A stretch of DNA of 60,882 bases, counting the filler, from Rhabdomonas costata (lineage: Eukaryota), in NCBI GenBank assembly GCA_019059605.1. It is 17 parts of 17 records of this genome, joined end to end, with 100 filler letters (N's around TTAATTAATTAA, not from the genome) between each part and the next. Parts side by side here need not be neighbours in the genome. Positions count along the whole stretch, not along the records: positions 10,800 to 14,286 come from JAHMHO010000789.1; positions 14,387 to 17,870 come from JAHMHO010000790.1; positions 17,971 to 21,455 come from JAHMHO010000791.1; positions 21,556 to 25,040 come from JAHMHO010000792.1; 13 more parts are not named here. One strand, written 5' to 3'. Positions 11,460 through 24,546 of the stretch are shown piece after piece. Positions within the stretch are counted from its first letter, which is position 1. Each line of letters opens with the position of its first letter. Position numbers and translations under genes: made by a program. The notes beneath the pieces are model-generated. The model searched no databases. It saw only the letters and a program-made list of their open reading frames with translations, and was not told the DNA's origin.

Positions 11460-14225
11460 ATATTGTTCAGAGAAGATTACTCATGCGATCCCTCGACAGG
11501 GGCCGGGGAAGCTCCGATGCCGAGTCATCCAGCCGAAGTTCACCGCCTGCCCACCCTTCAGTATGCGTCCAGAGAATATGTGCCCAATGTGTGCCCAAGC
11601 GCGCGATCCCCAGGCACGTCCCTTGCTTCCAAATGTCAGGCGCCCAAATTCAAACTCTAATTTGTTCTTATTTTTCAGTCTCAAAAGCAAATGAGAACAC
11701 CCAGGAAAACAAACCAAAAAACTCGTAATCTGCATTCAAGGCACTTGCTCGAAACCGACACAAAGAGTTGCCAGCATCCGTCACAATGAAGTCCGCCGGT
11801 ATGGAAACAGGCCATGCAGCAGAAAGCTTGTCTCCGAAACATACAATGTCCCAACAGCTTCGCTTCCGCCCGCAAAGGACTTCAGTGCTGTTTGTGCTGT
11901 GTGTGCCTTCTGCAAGCCGGTGCTCCGACTCGTCCTTTGGCATAGGACAATCCTTCAGTATTTTAGTCCGGGACTTCGGTGCACTGGTCTCCGCTCCTGA
12001 GGAACGGAGACCAGTGGTAGAGTCAGGACGGAGGGCGAGTTACCCCAAAAGAGAGAAGCCACAGCGTGCGCTGGCTCACTTCATGGGCCTCACCAGGCGG
12101 CGGACGAGGTCGGGGGGTGGAACAAACTCGCCACTGCGGTCTCGCTCCTCCACTAGGACCCGAAGCCGCCTCAGTCGCCCTGTTTTTGAAAAGCAAAACC
12201 GTGAGAACTCCATTTCTATTTCTATTTCCATTTCCATTTCCATTTGACCGTGTATGTTGTGAACAGTGTGAATGCTTACTATGTTGTGAACAGTGTGAAT
12301 GCTTACTACTAGAGGGGCACGAAATCCCATCGATCAGTAAACCCCCGATAAAGTTAACGATCAACCGTGTACAGAGCAGCCAAAGGCCAGGTGGTTGCGA
12401 GAGTACTTTATTAGAAAGCTACCACCGCGTATAGCAAACGTTTTTATGGGTATAACGGCTGCTACCAAGAGCCTCATACCATGTTTGACACTTAGTCCTT
12501 GCATGGTTGTTGTGGATAGTTAAACGGCTCCTGCTGCCACGAAGCAGCAGCAAAAGTAGCAGCAATTGCCTCTGCTGCTGATGTGTCAAACTGGGCAGGT
12601 ATGGAAGGCAGACAAGCGCTTTCACCAGGGAATCAAAACGCTGGCCCTTGGTGAACAAAAGGGGTACTTTCCTCTTTTTCACGGCCGATTGCGTCTTTAA
12701 ATCGGAGGCGCGGGACAGAGGAGGCCATAAGGACCCCAGTCCTCAACAGAAACGCGGGATACTAACAGGTCAACAGACCAATACGTACAAAGCACACACA
12801 CTCACACGCACACACGCACGCAGCACCGGTGCAGTGGATGCCCCGGAGGCGCCAGCCCTTCAAGGGCTTCTCCGTGGTCCCCTGGAGCACAGTCCGCAGC
12901 TGCTCCCCCAAGCGCGAGGCGCACATCACGGCGACCATCCCCGTATCCAAGTTGAGGTGAAACACTGAGTGGGGCGACATTGCATTCTGGAGTCAAGTGA
13001 GGGCATGAAGGTGCGATGCGGGGCGACATACACAAGCAGTCAGACCCGCAGAAACAAACCCCACAAAGACGACCAATCCCAGAGATATGTTAGTCCACAA
13101 GTATAACCCGGCGGTAGATAAAAAACCCCCGGTACTATAAAAACCCAAACCCCTTCCTAAGATAAACATTGCCTGGGGACAAAAAACGGGGGGGGGAGTA
13201 CTCTAAGAGGCTTCAACATGGCACTGGAGCCTTGAGAAGAGGAATTATGATTTAAAGACGCGCGAGCAGGGTACAAAACAGTAGAGAAAGCATCCGTTGA
13301 ACAAACCTGCAAACACCATAGGCACCACAATGTTATCTGCAATGTGGCTTTTCTCCCCGGACAACGTATACGAACTATAATCATGCCCACCCTCGTTTCA
13401 AAGTCCATTTTGTGGTGGAACATTGCTGTCAACAACGTTAACAGGTCTTTCTTGCATCGAATCTGTCAATGAAGTTTGATCTTTCAGTGGAATGTGGAAA
13501 GCAACCTTACCATGAACAAAGAATGGTAACAATGCGACACCTCGGATGCTGCACAGGGCAAGCTCGTCAACCTGCTGGGCACGTGACCCAGGCTCCCCAG
13601 GCCTGCAGTTAGCCTTCACTGCGGAGGACACCGCATGGAACAGCAACCCGCTAAGCTGCGCTGTGGGGCAGAAATCCAGGGAACCCTACATATCCCCTCA
13701 ATTCCAAGAAAGGAAGCGTGCATCAATCCCAGTGAATAGACCATGATTCATGGACACCTGGCACCACACTTACATGCACGCTGCTTCTCAACAGACACAG
13801 CGCTTCTAATTGGTTTCAGTCGGTTTTAATCGATTTCGTTTCAGTCGGATTTGAATACGGGCAACAACCCCCATCCAGCACTTTGCCACATGTGCCCTTT
13901 GCATGAGGAGGAACACACACACACAACGTGCATAAAGCATTGTTTTGGTCGAGGTCTTTTCTACTTTCAGCGGTCTTTCAAGTGCTCTCCCGCTGTCTGA
14001 CTTTATCAGATCACTCTTCGGCTGCAGGGCGGAGGTGTTGGGGAAACCTCGTTCTACGTAGCTCCTACCCACTGCGCCCGCCCAGTCTGGGTTGTAGGCC
14101 TCGGTGCCTTTCTCTGCTTCTTCTTCTGTCATGGGATCATCATATCACCTGACCACGGAAAAGCGAACCTGTGACGCCGTCCCTGGCACTCGTTGCCGGG
14201 GTACGGGAATTCTGGACCTTTCTGA
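11460..14225 (-). CDS. Hypothetical multi-exon protein, 3' part
   Basis: GC-rich open blocks with flanking AG/GT at about 14225-14170, 14148-13930, 13645-13542, 12964-12827 and 12179-12080. No recognisable domain, and exon boundaries are uncertain. Confidence 0.4.
12210..12310 (+). repeat. (YATTTC)n microsatellite followed by a 27-bp tandem duplication
   Basis: About six catttc/tatttc units, then atgttgtgaacagtgtgaatgcttact twice. Confidence 0.85.
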
Positions 14226-15895
14226 AGACAAACAAGCCGACACAAACACACCAGCAGCTTCCGTTGAGCCACAAGAAAGCTGAGCGNNNNNNNNNNNNNN
14301 NNNNNNNNNNNNNNNNNNNNNNNNNNNNNNTTAATTAATTAANNNNNNNNNNNNNNNNNNNNNNNNNNNNNNNNNNNNNNNNNNNNTTGTTGTGGGTCAG
14401 TGTTGAGCAAAATCCCCCCCACCGCTTTTTTTTTTGCCTATATGGGACTATTTTTTTTCCTGTTTGGCTAATTTTGAGCATTTTATGGTCGCTGTAGGTC
14501 AATTCGACTCTTCCTGGGGGCCTCCTCACAAGCGAGCAAGGGAAGATCACGAAAAGAGCCCTCAATCCAGGAGTTTGGGAATTATTTGCCATTTTTTCTA
14601 TGGTGGGGATCCTTTTTGAACTGAGTTTTGTCACTTATACACAAACGCACGTACACTCACGCAAACAAACACACTCACACTAAAGGAACGGCTTGTGGCC
14701 TCGTTCTTAGGTGATAAACAGTGCTATCCGATGTGCACGGAGGTTCGGTCTGCATCCATCCCTGGACCGCCTACCGCCCTGGCGCCCATTTTGCTGCATC
14801 ATCCTTCCATCAGTAACTCGGACCTTTCGATCACCAGCTTCTTTCCCTGTGTGGGGGCATCTCTCCGCATCTTGCTTGTGGAAGGAATACAATTGAGTAT
14901 GGTCGCAGTGGTTTTGTCCTATGTGCCGTATGTTCCTTTTCCAGGGAATTTCTCCACCGCCCTCGGACATTGACGTGACCAAAAGGGACATGCTTCGGGC
15001 GTACCTGACCTCGCAAGGGTTGCATTCTCGCTCTGGTGAAGCCTCTGAGACAGTGAAGGGCTGAGCCTGTGGGAGGTAAACAGCAAATGCATTTTTCAAA
15101 CCTCGGTCGACTCGGTCGCGCATCGCAGCTCTTGGCTGTGGAGTGGGGAAGACGCTGTTTTGCTTTGGTCTGGAACGGTCCCTTTCATTTCTATTGTTTT
15201 GGTTGCTTTCCCCGTTTTCTTAAGCAAAGGGGGACTTTGCCAGGAAACCAGAACAGCAGTAAAGAGCGCCACGCCCAGAACCATATAAAATATCGCGGTG
15301 GACAGGTTTTTCGGAGGGAGAAAGATCTACTCTGTGCGACAAAATGGCGGTGACTTTTTCTCTCTTGTTGTGCAGCATCCTTCCAGAAACATTGTCAACC
15401 GAGCTCGTTGGTATCCCAAAGCACTTGAACTTCGCCCCTATTTTGAATTGAATTTCTTTTCACAATCATTTCATTTTTAACAATATTTTTGTCTGACTTT
15501 GGGTTTTCAGGAGTTGTCCACGGGAGAAACTGGTGTTTAGTGAAATTGCTCACAATCCTACTTTATGAGTTCGCCGAATAAAAGTGTCCACCGCGATATG
15601 ATGACTCCTCTCCCGCCCATTTGGTCCCTCCACTAGTTCTCCAGTGCGCTCCTGGTCATGCGCTGGTGAAAAGATGGAACGCTCATGTTTTTCTTTGCAT
15701 TTCTTTATATTTGATTGGGTATGCAGATTCAGTACTAGACATCACGGCTGGCAGACAGTCAGCCGACGATGTCCGGTGAAATCTCAGGAAATCTAGGACT
15801 CAAACACCACAGAAGTGGGGATGCTGAGCGGTTCTTTCGACTTTTTCGCAGCCAATTTTCCAGTGTTTGGATTCTGAACAGATATGCTAGGTTCC

Positions 15896-17870
15896 ATGGG
15901 TCTTCTCGGTGTTCTTGTGCTGTGCTGCGGACTGCTGTTGTGCCACGGCCAGCTGCAGGGGTGCGGCCGGGTAAGCCCCACCCCCGGTAATTCTGTTGTC
16001 GAGCGCATCCCATGCTGGCTGAACTTCACTCACGAATGGCCTTCCGAGGAGCTTCAGCCCCCGGCTGAGGGCCAAATCCCTCCTCAGGTCCAGTCAGTGG
16101 AGATAGCTTTGTCGCTTTGTTGTTTACTCATTTCCGTCCCTTCAATCTCTCCAGATTTGGCCTGGAATGGGATGGGTTTTTTCCATAGGTAAATTCCTTC
16201 ACTTCCTTGCGTCGTGCGGATTTGCTGTGCTGGAACTCTACGAGCAAATCGGGAAGGTGGGTTTCCGTATGCAACGACTCTGCCCTACCCCACCCTGCCT
16301 CACGCTGCCACACTCCACGCAATTATCATATATCTTTGTAACATCGTAATCGGTCAGGTGGAGACAAGCTGGGGACGTCGGATTGGATTGAGCTGTGTTG
16401 TGCCCGTGTGGGTTCAACTGATAGATTAGTGCAGGCCATAGGTACCCCACACCCTGTTGTGATGTGCGAGTTTTCTGGCAGTTGAGCGTCCTTTTCATGA
16501 ACTTTGATGTGCATTATTTTCCTCGCTGTTAATTTGTGTGTCTGTTTCTTGCAAACCTTTCCGAACCCTTGTGCCTCCCCTCCCTCACCCCTGTGCTTTT
16601 CAGGGTGGTGGTGGTGGTGGTGGTGGGATGCCGTTGCCTCCGCTGTGGCTGATTTGGGAGTGGCTGATGGCGGACCCGGGGAGATGGACTACCGCTGCAG
16701 AGCAGAGGTTGCAAGGGCAGTGCGCCGCGACCTATGGACGGGCCCGCGTCGCTCAAGTGCTGTGCTGCCGCACGGAGACATTACTTTACTCCAGGGACGA
16801 GGCGGAGCCTGTTGTGGTGAGAGTCAGGAGACCTTCCGGTGCGTGCAGGGTGGGTTAGCCGCTCCCTCCCTTCCTCCCAGATGTGATGTACTAGGGTTCA
16901 CCGCCCTGCCGATGGATTTAGCGAAACTTAATTTTGGGCAGCACCTTGATTTACCAAGTTTTTTCTTTTAATTCCGAAAAGTGCGGTTTTTTGCATCCAA
17001 CAGGGACTTGTCAGAATCGTTGCCTATGTGAAATGGCGGCCGCGGTAAGGAAGGGAAGACGTGGTACAAGAGAGCGCAAGCCAGTAAAAGAGCCACCCAA
17101 ATGCGACCACCATGAGGGTCAAGGGTGGTTTTGTAACCGTGACTCATCTCCACATCAAGAATAAGGGCCAGGACTCTCCCGCTTCACCCCCGCCCCCAGT
17201 TGTGCCAACTGTTTCAGGGGAACTGGTGCTGTGGCCCCTGGCACTGGGGATGAGCCTCGAGCTCGATGTGGTGATTGGTTATCACGCTGCTGTGTTTCCG
17301 GCGAGCGATCTGCACGATTCCTTCGGCGCTGTTCCCGGGAAGCTGGAGATGCTGCACCGCGTGCGGGCGCATATGGACTGGACAGGCCTCTGGGTGCTCA
17401 CCACCCACACTTGGTGTGTGGCTGTCTGTCTTTTTTTTTGCCTGTTTGCATTTTTAAACCGCAGGACCTGACGAGGGACACGCTGGAGGAAAGTCATTGG
17501 TGGAGATCTGGGAAATGGGAAGTGTCGTGTTTGAGATGTTGAAGTTCAGTTGTGGGGTATCGCTATTGTCTCTTTTCAGTTTACCATTATGCAGCAGGAA
17601 ATTATGGCAAGATGATTTCTGGTGATGTGGAATGACGTTGTCCTCACCAAAAAACAGCGACTTTCTGTAGTTTGCAACGTTTCCTCATATCGACACTCTA
17701 TCCGTTGCCTTGACAGGCATTTGGTTCGAGGCGAGGGCTCCACCAAACCACTGACACATCCAGCCTTCTATGGCCGCACGGCGCGGCCCTTCGGGTGGCC
17801 CCTGGCGCTGCACTCGCGGTCCACCCCGGTGAGAGTGATGTCGTTCAACTGCTGGAACTACAACCCCCCC
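15896..17870 (+). CDS. Signal-peptide protein leading into an endonuclease/exonuclease/phosphatase (EEP) domain (3' truncated)
   Basis: The start MGLLGVLVLCCGLLLCHG looks like a signal peptide. Several AG/GT-bounded exons follow. The last ends VRVMSFNCWN, the typical first strand of EEP domains. Confidence 0.65.
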
Positions 17871-17970
17871 NNNNNNNNNNNNNNNNNNNNNNNNNNNNNN
17901 NNNNNNNNNNNNNNTTAATTAATTAANNNNNNNNNNNNNNNNNNNNNNNNNNNNNNNNNNNNNNNNNNNN

Positions 17971-19202
17971 TTTTGCTTAGGAAATCCAGCAGCAGATCCT
18001 TCCCAAGCTGCCCCACACACCGCCCGCTCTCATCGATCACTGCAGCGTTGCACTGGATGACGAGGAAGGGAGGCCGTGTGGGGGTGAGGTAAATCGCGGA
18101 GTAGCCTGGGTTGAAGCGGTTTGCGGCAGAGGAGCGCCAACCTTCACTGCGCACCATCGGACCGGTGCTCCAAGAGAGGGCCTGGCTTTCGTTGGCAGGT
18201 GCATTGATGAGGATCGGAGAATTCCATATCGGTTTGTAGTTGCTGTCCAAGGGGTACATTTCCTGCCCGAAAACCGAGCAATTGCTTCCGGGAAAGTGGA
18301 TAGTATCGTTACAGATGGTTTTGTTGAAGTCGAACGCGGAAAACCAGGAGCCAAGAGGACTGATCGCGATTGCTTGACTTGACACCCAAGCCAGCAAAGA
18401 AGCAGCGAAGGTGTCTGGCACGCTCAGCAGAGCCTCCGTGGTAAAGGGCATCCACTCGAAGTAGGCCACAACGAAGTTGTTCATGAGAATGCTCTTATGG
18501 AAGAAGCTGTTGCTCTCTGCGAAAGGGGAAACTAATCTCTGTTGCAAAAACGCCCGCAGCGACTCTGCGTCCACCGAAACAGCCCACATCTGACATTTGA
18601 GGACAAGGCCATGTTTCTTTCCTACACCCTCCTCCTCACATAAAAATAGGCCCACGACCTTGCAATATTTGGAAGAAGCACAATACCCCACACCGACGTC
18701 TTCCACGGCTTCCGTTCCGTCACATCACTACCAGTAAAGGACCACACTGCTGCATTGGCCAAACTGCAATCCTTCATCCTGGACTGAAAACAATTGCACC
18801 GATTGTGTTCAAATGTGAGGCAATCGCCGTTTTTGAGATGCACAGCAGAGCCAAGGCGCACATACCCATGAGGTTCAGCTGGTGACCCAGGTTGACCTTG
18901 CTCCGCACCAGAACGTCCACCCGCCCAGCCGCCTCCGACATACTCAGCTGCGCCATGTCTTCCAGCGACTTCTGGCCCTGCAGGTAGATCAGGTAGCACC
19001 CCAGGAACCCGCTCACCGTCATCAGCAGCAGGAAGGCCACGAACAGAAGCACTCGAATCGACACAAGACGTCTCAGCGCTTTGCAGCATAGCATCGAGGG
19101 CTCGGAAAGAGGCGGCTCCCCAAGAGTGGAGAAGGAGGCCCTCGACAAAGAGGTACGAGGGCTGACGATCACGCTTTCCGCTAATGCGGAAGGTCCATAC
19201 AT
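17971..19202 (-). CDS. Membrane receptor with TM helix and extracellular Cache-like sensor, probably receptor adenylate/guanylate cyclase type (3' truncated)
   Basis: TM segment LLFVAFLLLMTVSGFLGCYLIY is followed by a long helix. The ectodomain has N-glycosylation sequons and ends YSAIY...VIDESGRCVGQLGKDLLLDFLS, like a Cache C-terminus. The catalytic domain is not in the contig. Confidence 0.65.
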
Positions 19203-22200
19203 TTGGGACCTGGCCAGGCAAAGCGGGCAAGAAATGCAAAAATTAAAACAGAAAAAAGGTCCTGGCCGGAAGATATAGACGATATGTGGGGTTCTTTCTG
19301 AAATTTCGGCTGTTAACGAAGCAAGAGAAAATGAAAATGAGGTGCCTGCTTACACCCTTAAAGCTCTTTGTGAGTACTTCAAATATGCGGCGTGCCCACC
19401 CGAATTCACAGGATCTTATTCAAAAAGGAGTTCAATCAATTCCCCACTTCTAATCCCACATGCAGATGGGCACCCCACTCTCAACTGACTTCGCAAAGAT
19501 CCAATACCTGGCACACAGACTTCACCAGGAACCCTGGATTCCTACCCATCTGACGATAAGTTTGTTGGCACAACCCGAAAGCGAGTAAGACTATGGGTGT
19601 GTGCGTGCAGGTCAATATAGGAGGGGAGTGTATGCGTAATGACAACCGTAAACAGTTTCATCCCCCCCCCCCGCAATCGCACATGCACCGATTGGAAGGG
19701 AGGCGTGGGGTTGGGAGAACGGGCGCAAAAACATCAACATTCAGGGGTTCTTGATTGACCCTCCAACGTGCGAATACGATTTCCTCGAAGCAGAGAAAAA
19801 CTCGGCTAGCTGGCTCCTCGAATTAGCGAACGGAAAAGGTCCCCACGCTTATAATCAAAGGGAAAGGTTTGTGCTTCTACTATGGGGTTTTGGGCTTAGG
19901 CTCTTTGAAGCTGCATTACAATGGGATCCATGCTGTGACAGCTTTCACGTGACAGCAAACAGCAAACAATGAGACAGCAATCGAAATCCGAGGGCCAGAC
20001 CACCGGTTCCTGAACACTCTCATTGCCCCAAAGCAAATGTCCAATGAAAAGGCGGTGATTGCAAGCGTGGTCCTTGGAAACACGCAAAATGCTGCCCAAA
20101 TCGGCGTAAAAACATCAATATCCCGCAGCAGACCGAATTTTCAAAGATTCCAAACAATCCCAGCAGATGGCGAACGGGTAAAGAATACATCACAATCCGC
20201 GCTGGTTTGCAATCACGCCTTCAAAACATATTAATGCACATTGTATGCAACGAACCCGGGCACAACAAAATTAAAAGACGCAAACGTAGGGAAACCCAGG
20301 GACAGGGCCTGCACTTGAAATCAGTCAAATAAACAAACAAGATAAACGCCTCTCAGCAGGGAAAGGGATCGGGCCTCGTCTCGCCTCCCTACGATTCAGG
20401 AGCTTGTGTGCGCTCGTCTTTTTCAACTTTGCCGGGCTGGCTCTAGGTGCAGTACAGCAGAGGGAGTGGGGGGAGAGTGTGTGGGGAGAAGGCTGTCTCT
20501 TAAATTTGGTCATTTAATTCGGCGAACCGGATTTCAGAAACAAAAGAAAGTCCAATCACAGTGAACGAACGGGTTTGGAGTTAGCTATCAAAACCGTTGC
20601 GGCGCTCTGTCACAACGAATCAGCTTCTGTCCGGTGATTGTACTTAAATTTTAATCTTGATTTTACTTAAAAGTAAAGAATGAAAGAGCGTACGACGATT
20701 GAACCTGTTTCCGACGGGAATGTCGCTGTGGAGATGGTGAGTTCACTGCTGGTGCAATGGTTGGTGCCTCAAAGCGCTATGTTTTAGGTGACTGAAAGAA
20801 ACAAAGAATGGAAAAGGGCTAAACCCAAAAAGGGCTCGGGTCCATTGTGCATGCCGTGCCATGATAATTGAGCTGAACAGGCAAAACAAACATCAGCATG
20901 GCGAGGATGTTGGCTGGTCGCCTACTGTGTACTTCCAACCCAATCTGAGACGCAGAGACTCACACCTACAAACACACACTCTCTACTGCCTCCCGACTCA
21001 GTGCTGATGACAAAAAAAGAACGGGAGGCATCAACTCGACCATGAGCCCACAATGAGTCCGTTCATCCTAGCTACCCATTGGAGAGAGTGTGTCAATGTT
21101 CAATCAATAGTCCTGTGAGACTGAAAGCACTGAAAGCCAAAAACACTGTCCCAATGTTCCATTGAAATCCGAAAAATGGTGGCGGGATTTTTGTCTTTCA
21201 GTGTGTATCTATAAACACCAGAAAGGTTCGATTTGGAATCCGCAGCTGCCAATGTAAAATCTTTTGTGCAAGAATTTTTTTTAGAGAAGACAATCGACAA
21301 TTGGCTGCAATCGACAATCGATTGCAGCCAAGATGCGATGGAATTACCTAAATGGGGCTATCTTTGCGCAAGGAGTATCATACCACAATCGCTAAGAACA
21401 AACTTGAACACAAGACACGAGAAAACATACACAATAGTTTTGGGCCACAAAACCCNNNNNNNNNNNNNNNNNNNNNNNNNNNNNNNNNNNNNNNNNNNNT
21501 TAATTAATTAANNNNNNNNNNNNNNNNNNNNNNNNNNNNNNNNNNNNNNNNNNNNTGTGGGTGTTATTATTGAGTTAGTGAGTCTTAAGACTTCTGCTGT
21601 GCTGCCGTGTGTTTCTTTCTTTGCAGCATCTCTCTTAGTTTCTACTCGCACGTGTGCCTGCCTGATGCGAAGTGATTGTTTTATTACTACTCACCTGCTT
21701 CCCCAGAGTAGATGTTTACCTGTTCAAGGCTTCCTCTGTGTGCGTTAGTGGGCTTATTGATTGTGGTTGAGACAGCAGCGCAATTGAGCTAAAAAGCTGG
21801 ACACAACAAATCCAAACCGTAGACATAGAGGCCCGCATACAAATGTTAGAAACGCGTTTTTAGCGTTTTTTGTCTCTAATATTGCACCCCAAGGCGGATC
21901 AAGGCAATTGCGACGGCCGCGCAGCTGGCGATGCTCACTAGCAACGGTGACCCGATCCTCCAGCAGCACGATTACCCGAAAACGTTGAAAGCTAACTGGC
22001 GGTCCCCGGGATTCAAAGCAATGCGGGAAATGTGGGAAAGCCGCCGCGGCCACAACAACAGAACCCCATCGCCAGCCCGCCCCTGCCTGGGCACGAGAAA
22101 GCCAAAAATCTGTGGAGGCGAAATGTCCGAAGAGAGGATGTGGGCGCCGAATGCTTTTCTGAACGGGCAATAAGAAATCACAGGGGTTCCGGGAGAGATA

Positions 22201-23197
22201 TCCCATAAAAAGGGCTGCTTTCCGCCCCGCGCATGGTTTGAAAAAATGGCTTTTGCTTTTTCGAATGTGTGAATTATGTTTTGGGCGCAATGGTCGCAAA
22301 AATTTTCCCCGGGTGAAAATTTAAAATTGACAATTAACAAGGTGTTCATGAATTTAAATGGAAGCGATTTTCTTGTGATCGGCGCGTATTAATTGCCGGT
22401 GGGCAGTAAGGGCATTCAAATAGATATTTTGGGCTTTGCCGGATCGAGGGGCGGTCCCCCTTCTGCGTTCTTTTTTTCGAACCCTAGGAACCGGTTTTGT
22501 TCTTGTTTTGGTTTCCGTTTCTTTCCAGAAGTGGTTTGCGAGCAGAAGGGATTAGACCAACCAGGCGACCGAGGGTCGAAACCAACCCCCGGCAACCTTC
22601 GAACCAATGCCCAAGATCGACCCGCCGGGGGCTAACTTGTGGACAACGCCCAGAATCGACCCGCGCGACCTTGAAAGAAGGGCGGATCGGGTTCGGCCAC
22701 GGCGCACGGCACCCGGCCCTATTTCTGAGAAGACAAACCGCAAATGCACGCCCTTCCGGGTGCGTGTTATGGCCAAATGGTGACAACAACACACCACAAC
22801 GGCGAAGGTAGTAAAACTCAAAAGGTTAATCAAGGGTGCGGGATGAAGTCCAAGAAAGGCATCCGCCGCCCACCCGCGGGACACTCAAGGATACGGCCCG
22901 TAGAATTGTAAGTAACGCTCCGGGGTCAAGGTGGATGCTTTTACTGTTCATGGTCTGTTACCTTTCCTGTGTCTCTGTTGTCTTTGTTTTTTGCCGGGAA
23001 TCGCGCCCATTCTTGACAAGAAGACCCCGAGAGCATCTATCAGCTCCATAGGGACACCAACCCGCGGGGCAAACACCAACTAAGAAGCACATGGCGTATC
23101 GTGTGCAGCAGGGAAAACAGACACACAGCAATTCTCTAGGGTCTTCTTCCGGCACCAGCAGTTACAGCGGCCAGTAAGGCCACTGCAGTTGCCGCTA

Positions 23198-24546
23198 CTA
23201 CAGCGGGTGGTGTGCTCGCTCCAGAAGCCGGCTGAGACCCGATAAACGCGGCAACCCATTGGATGGCAGCCCAGGTCCCCCGACCGAGGTAGAAGGTGCC
23301 ATGGTAGAGCAGCCACGGGACCTATGTTTTCACAAAACGAACAACAAAAGCAACAATCTGACAGACTCCCTCGTCATATTCCTACAAAGTAATCAAAGCG
23401 AGTACCCACCACTCCATTCGCAGATGTACGCGTCTTCAGGTTTCCTGGTTTTTAGCGTGAAAATGGAAAACAGAACAACACGGATTCTCGCTTGTATTTT
23501 TTTTTTGGCACCAATCGAAGTAGGAACCAAATAAACTCTCTACCGCCTGGCAAATTCTTCTGTTCAGTCAGTTGTGCGCACGCGAGTCACGTGCCTGGCG
23601 GGTGCCGTGGAGGTAGGGCAGCTTCATCCATGGCGGCAGCGGAAGCCAGTACGGCAGCTGCATCCATGCACACAGCAACAGGTAAGTGTGGTGCCACGGC
23701 AGAGGGAGGAAGCTCAGCGCCGGTAGCACCACAGCCTCAAACCCGCGGTGGAACAGCGCAAAGGCCACCCAGTACTCCAGCCACTGCCGCTGCCGCCGTA
23801 CCATCCCCGCCTCGTCCCCGCCTCTGTTCCTGGCATCCTCCGCAGCCCCTTGCACATGGTCGGGTTGAGGTAAAGGGCTGCCTGCGAGGGTCTCGAGGCG
23901 GATTAAGGGAAGGACCAAGAGGGTGGCGGCGGAGGGGAGGATAATCCCCACCACCAGCCCGACGTGACGAACAATGAAGCCAGGGGTGAACAGGAAAACC
24001 CCCACACTAAGCCCAAGATAGACCAGAAGCTTGAGGTGCTGGACAAGGTCCACCACCATTGTGGCTAGGCGGGCCAAGGGTGCACTGCTCTGCAGAAAGG
24101 CTGGCAGCGGCGAGGGCTGAAAAGGGGAAATAAGTACGACAGACTTGAGACGTGCAAAACCCCACACACATACACAGAGGCTGTGACATCGCGCCATGTC
24201 ACTTAAACCCATTAACTACCCAAACTACCAAACTACCTACTTTAAGGCACCCTCGTGGAATGACATGACGCGCATCCACATGAAGAGAAGCAGATTAAGG
24301 AGAACGCGGACCATTGGCCTTTGCACAGAAACAGAAGGCACTCTAGCAATGGGTCACGAGGGATTACCGGATGTGGCCCTTAGAAAGCAATACCCTGTCA
24401 CGATGCCAACCCGAGAGCCGTTGTACCACAGCCACCACCACGGCGCTGCCCTGAGTCCACGGGAGCATCATCCAGAGCGCGGCGCACAGCTTGAGCTCTG
24501 GGCTGGGGTGAGGCAGCCACGCCGACTGTAGCCATGACGGGGTGCC
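23198..24546 (-). CDS. TB2/DP1/HVA22 (REEP/Yop1) family membrane protein with two repeats (5' part missing)
   Basis: Exon 24546-24427 encodes WLP..ELKLCAALWMMLPWTQGS (end of repeat 1). Exon 24089-23595 encodes QWLEYWVAFALF...FLPLPW..LLLCAWMQLP (repeat 2). Probable last exon 23321-23198. Confidence 0.75.

Noticed and set aside
22430-22900. GC-rich stretch considered as a structured ncRNA (tRNA, SRP, RNase P)
   Set aside because: No T-loop/D-loop boxes or recognisable conserved motifs. An Infernal/Rfam scan would be needed.
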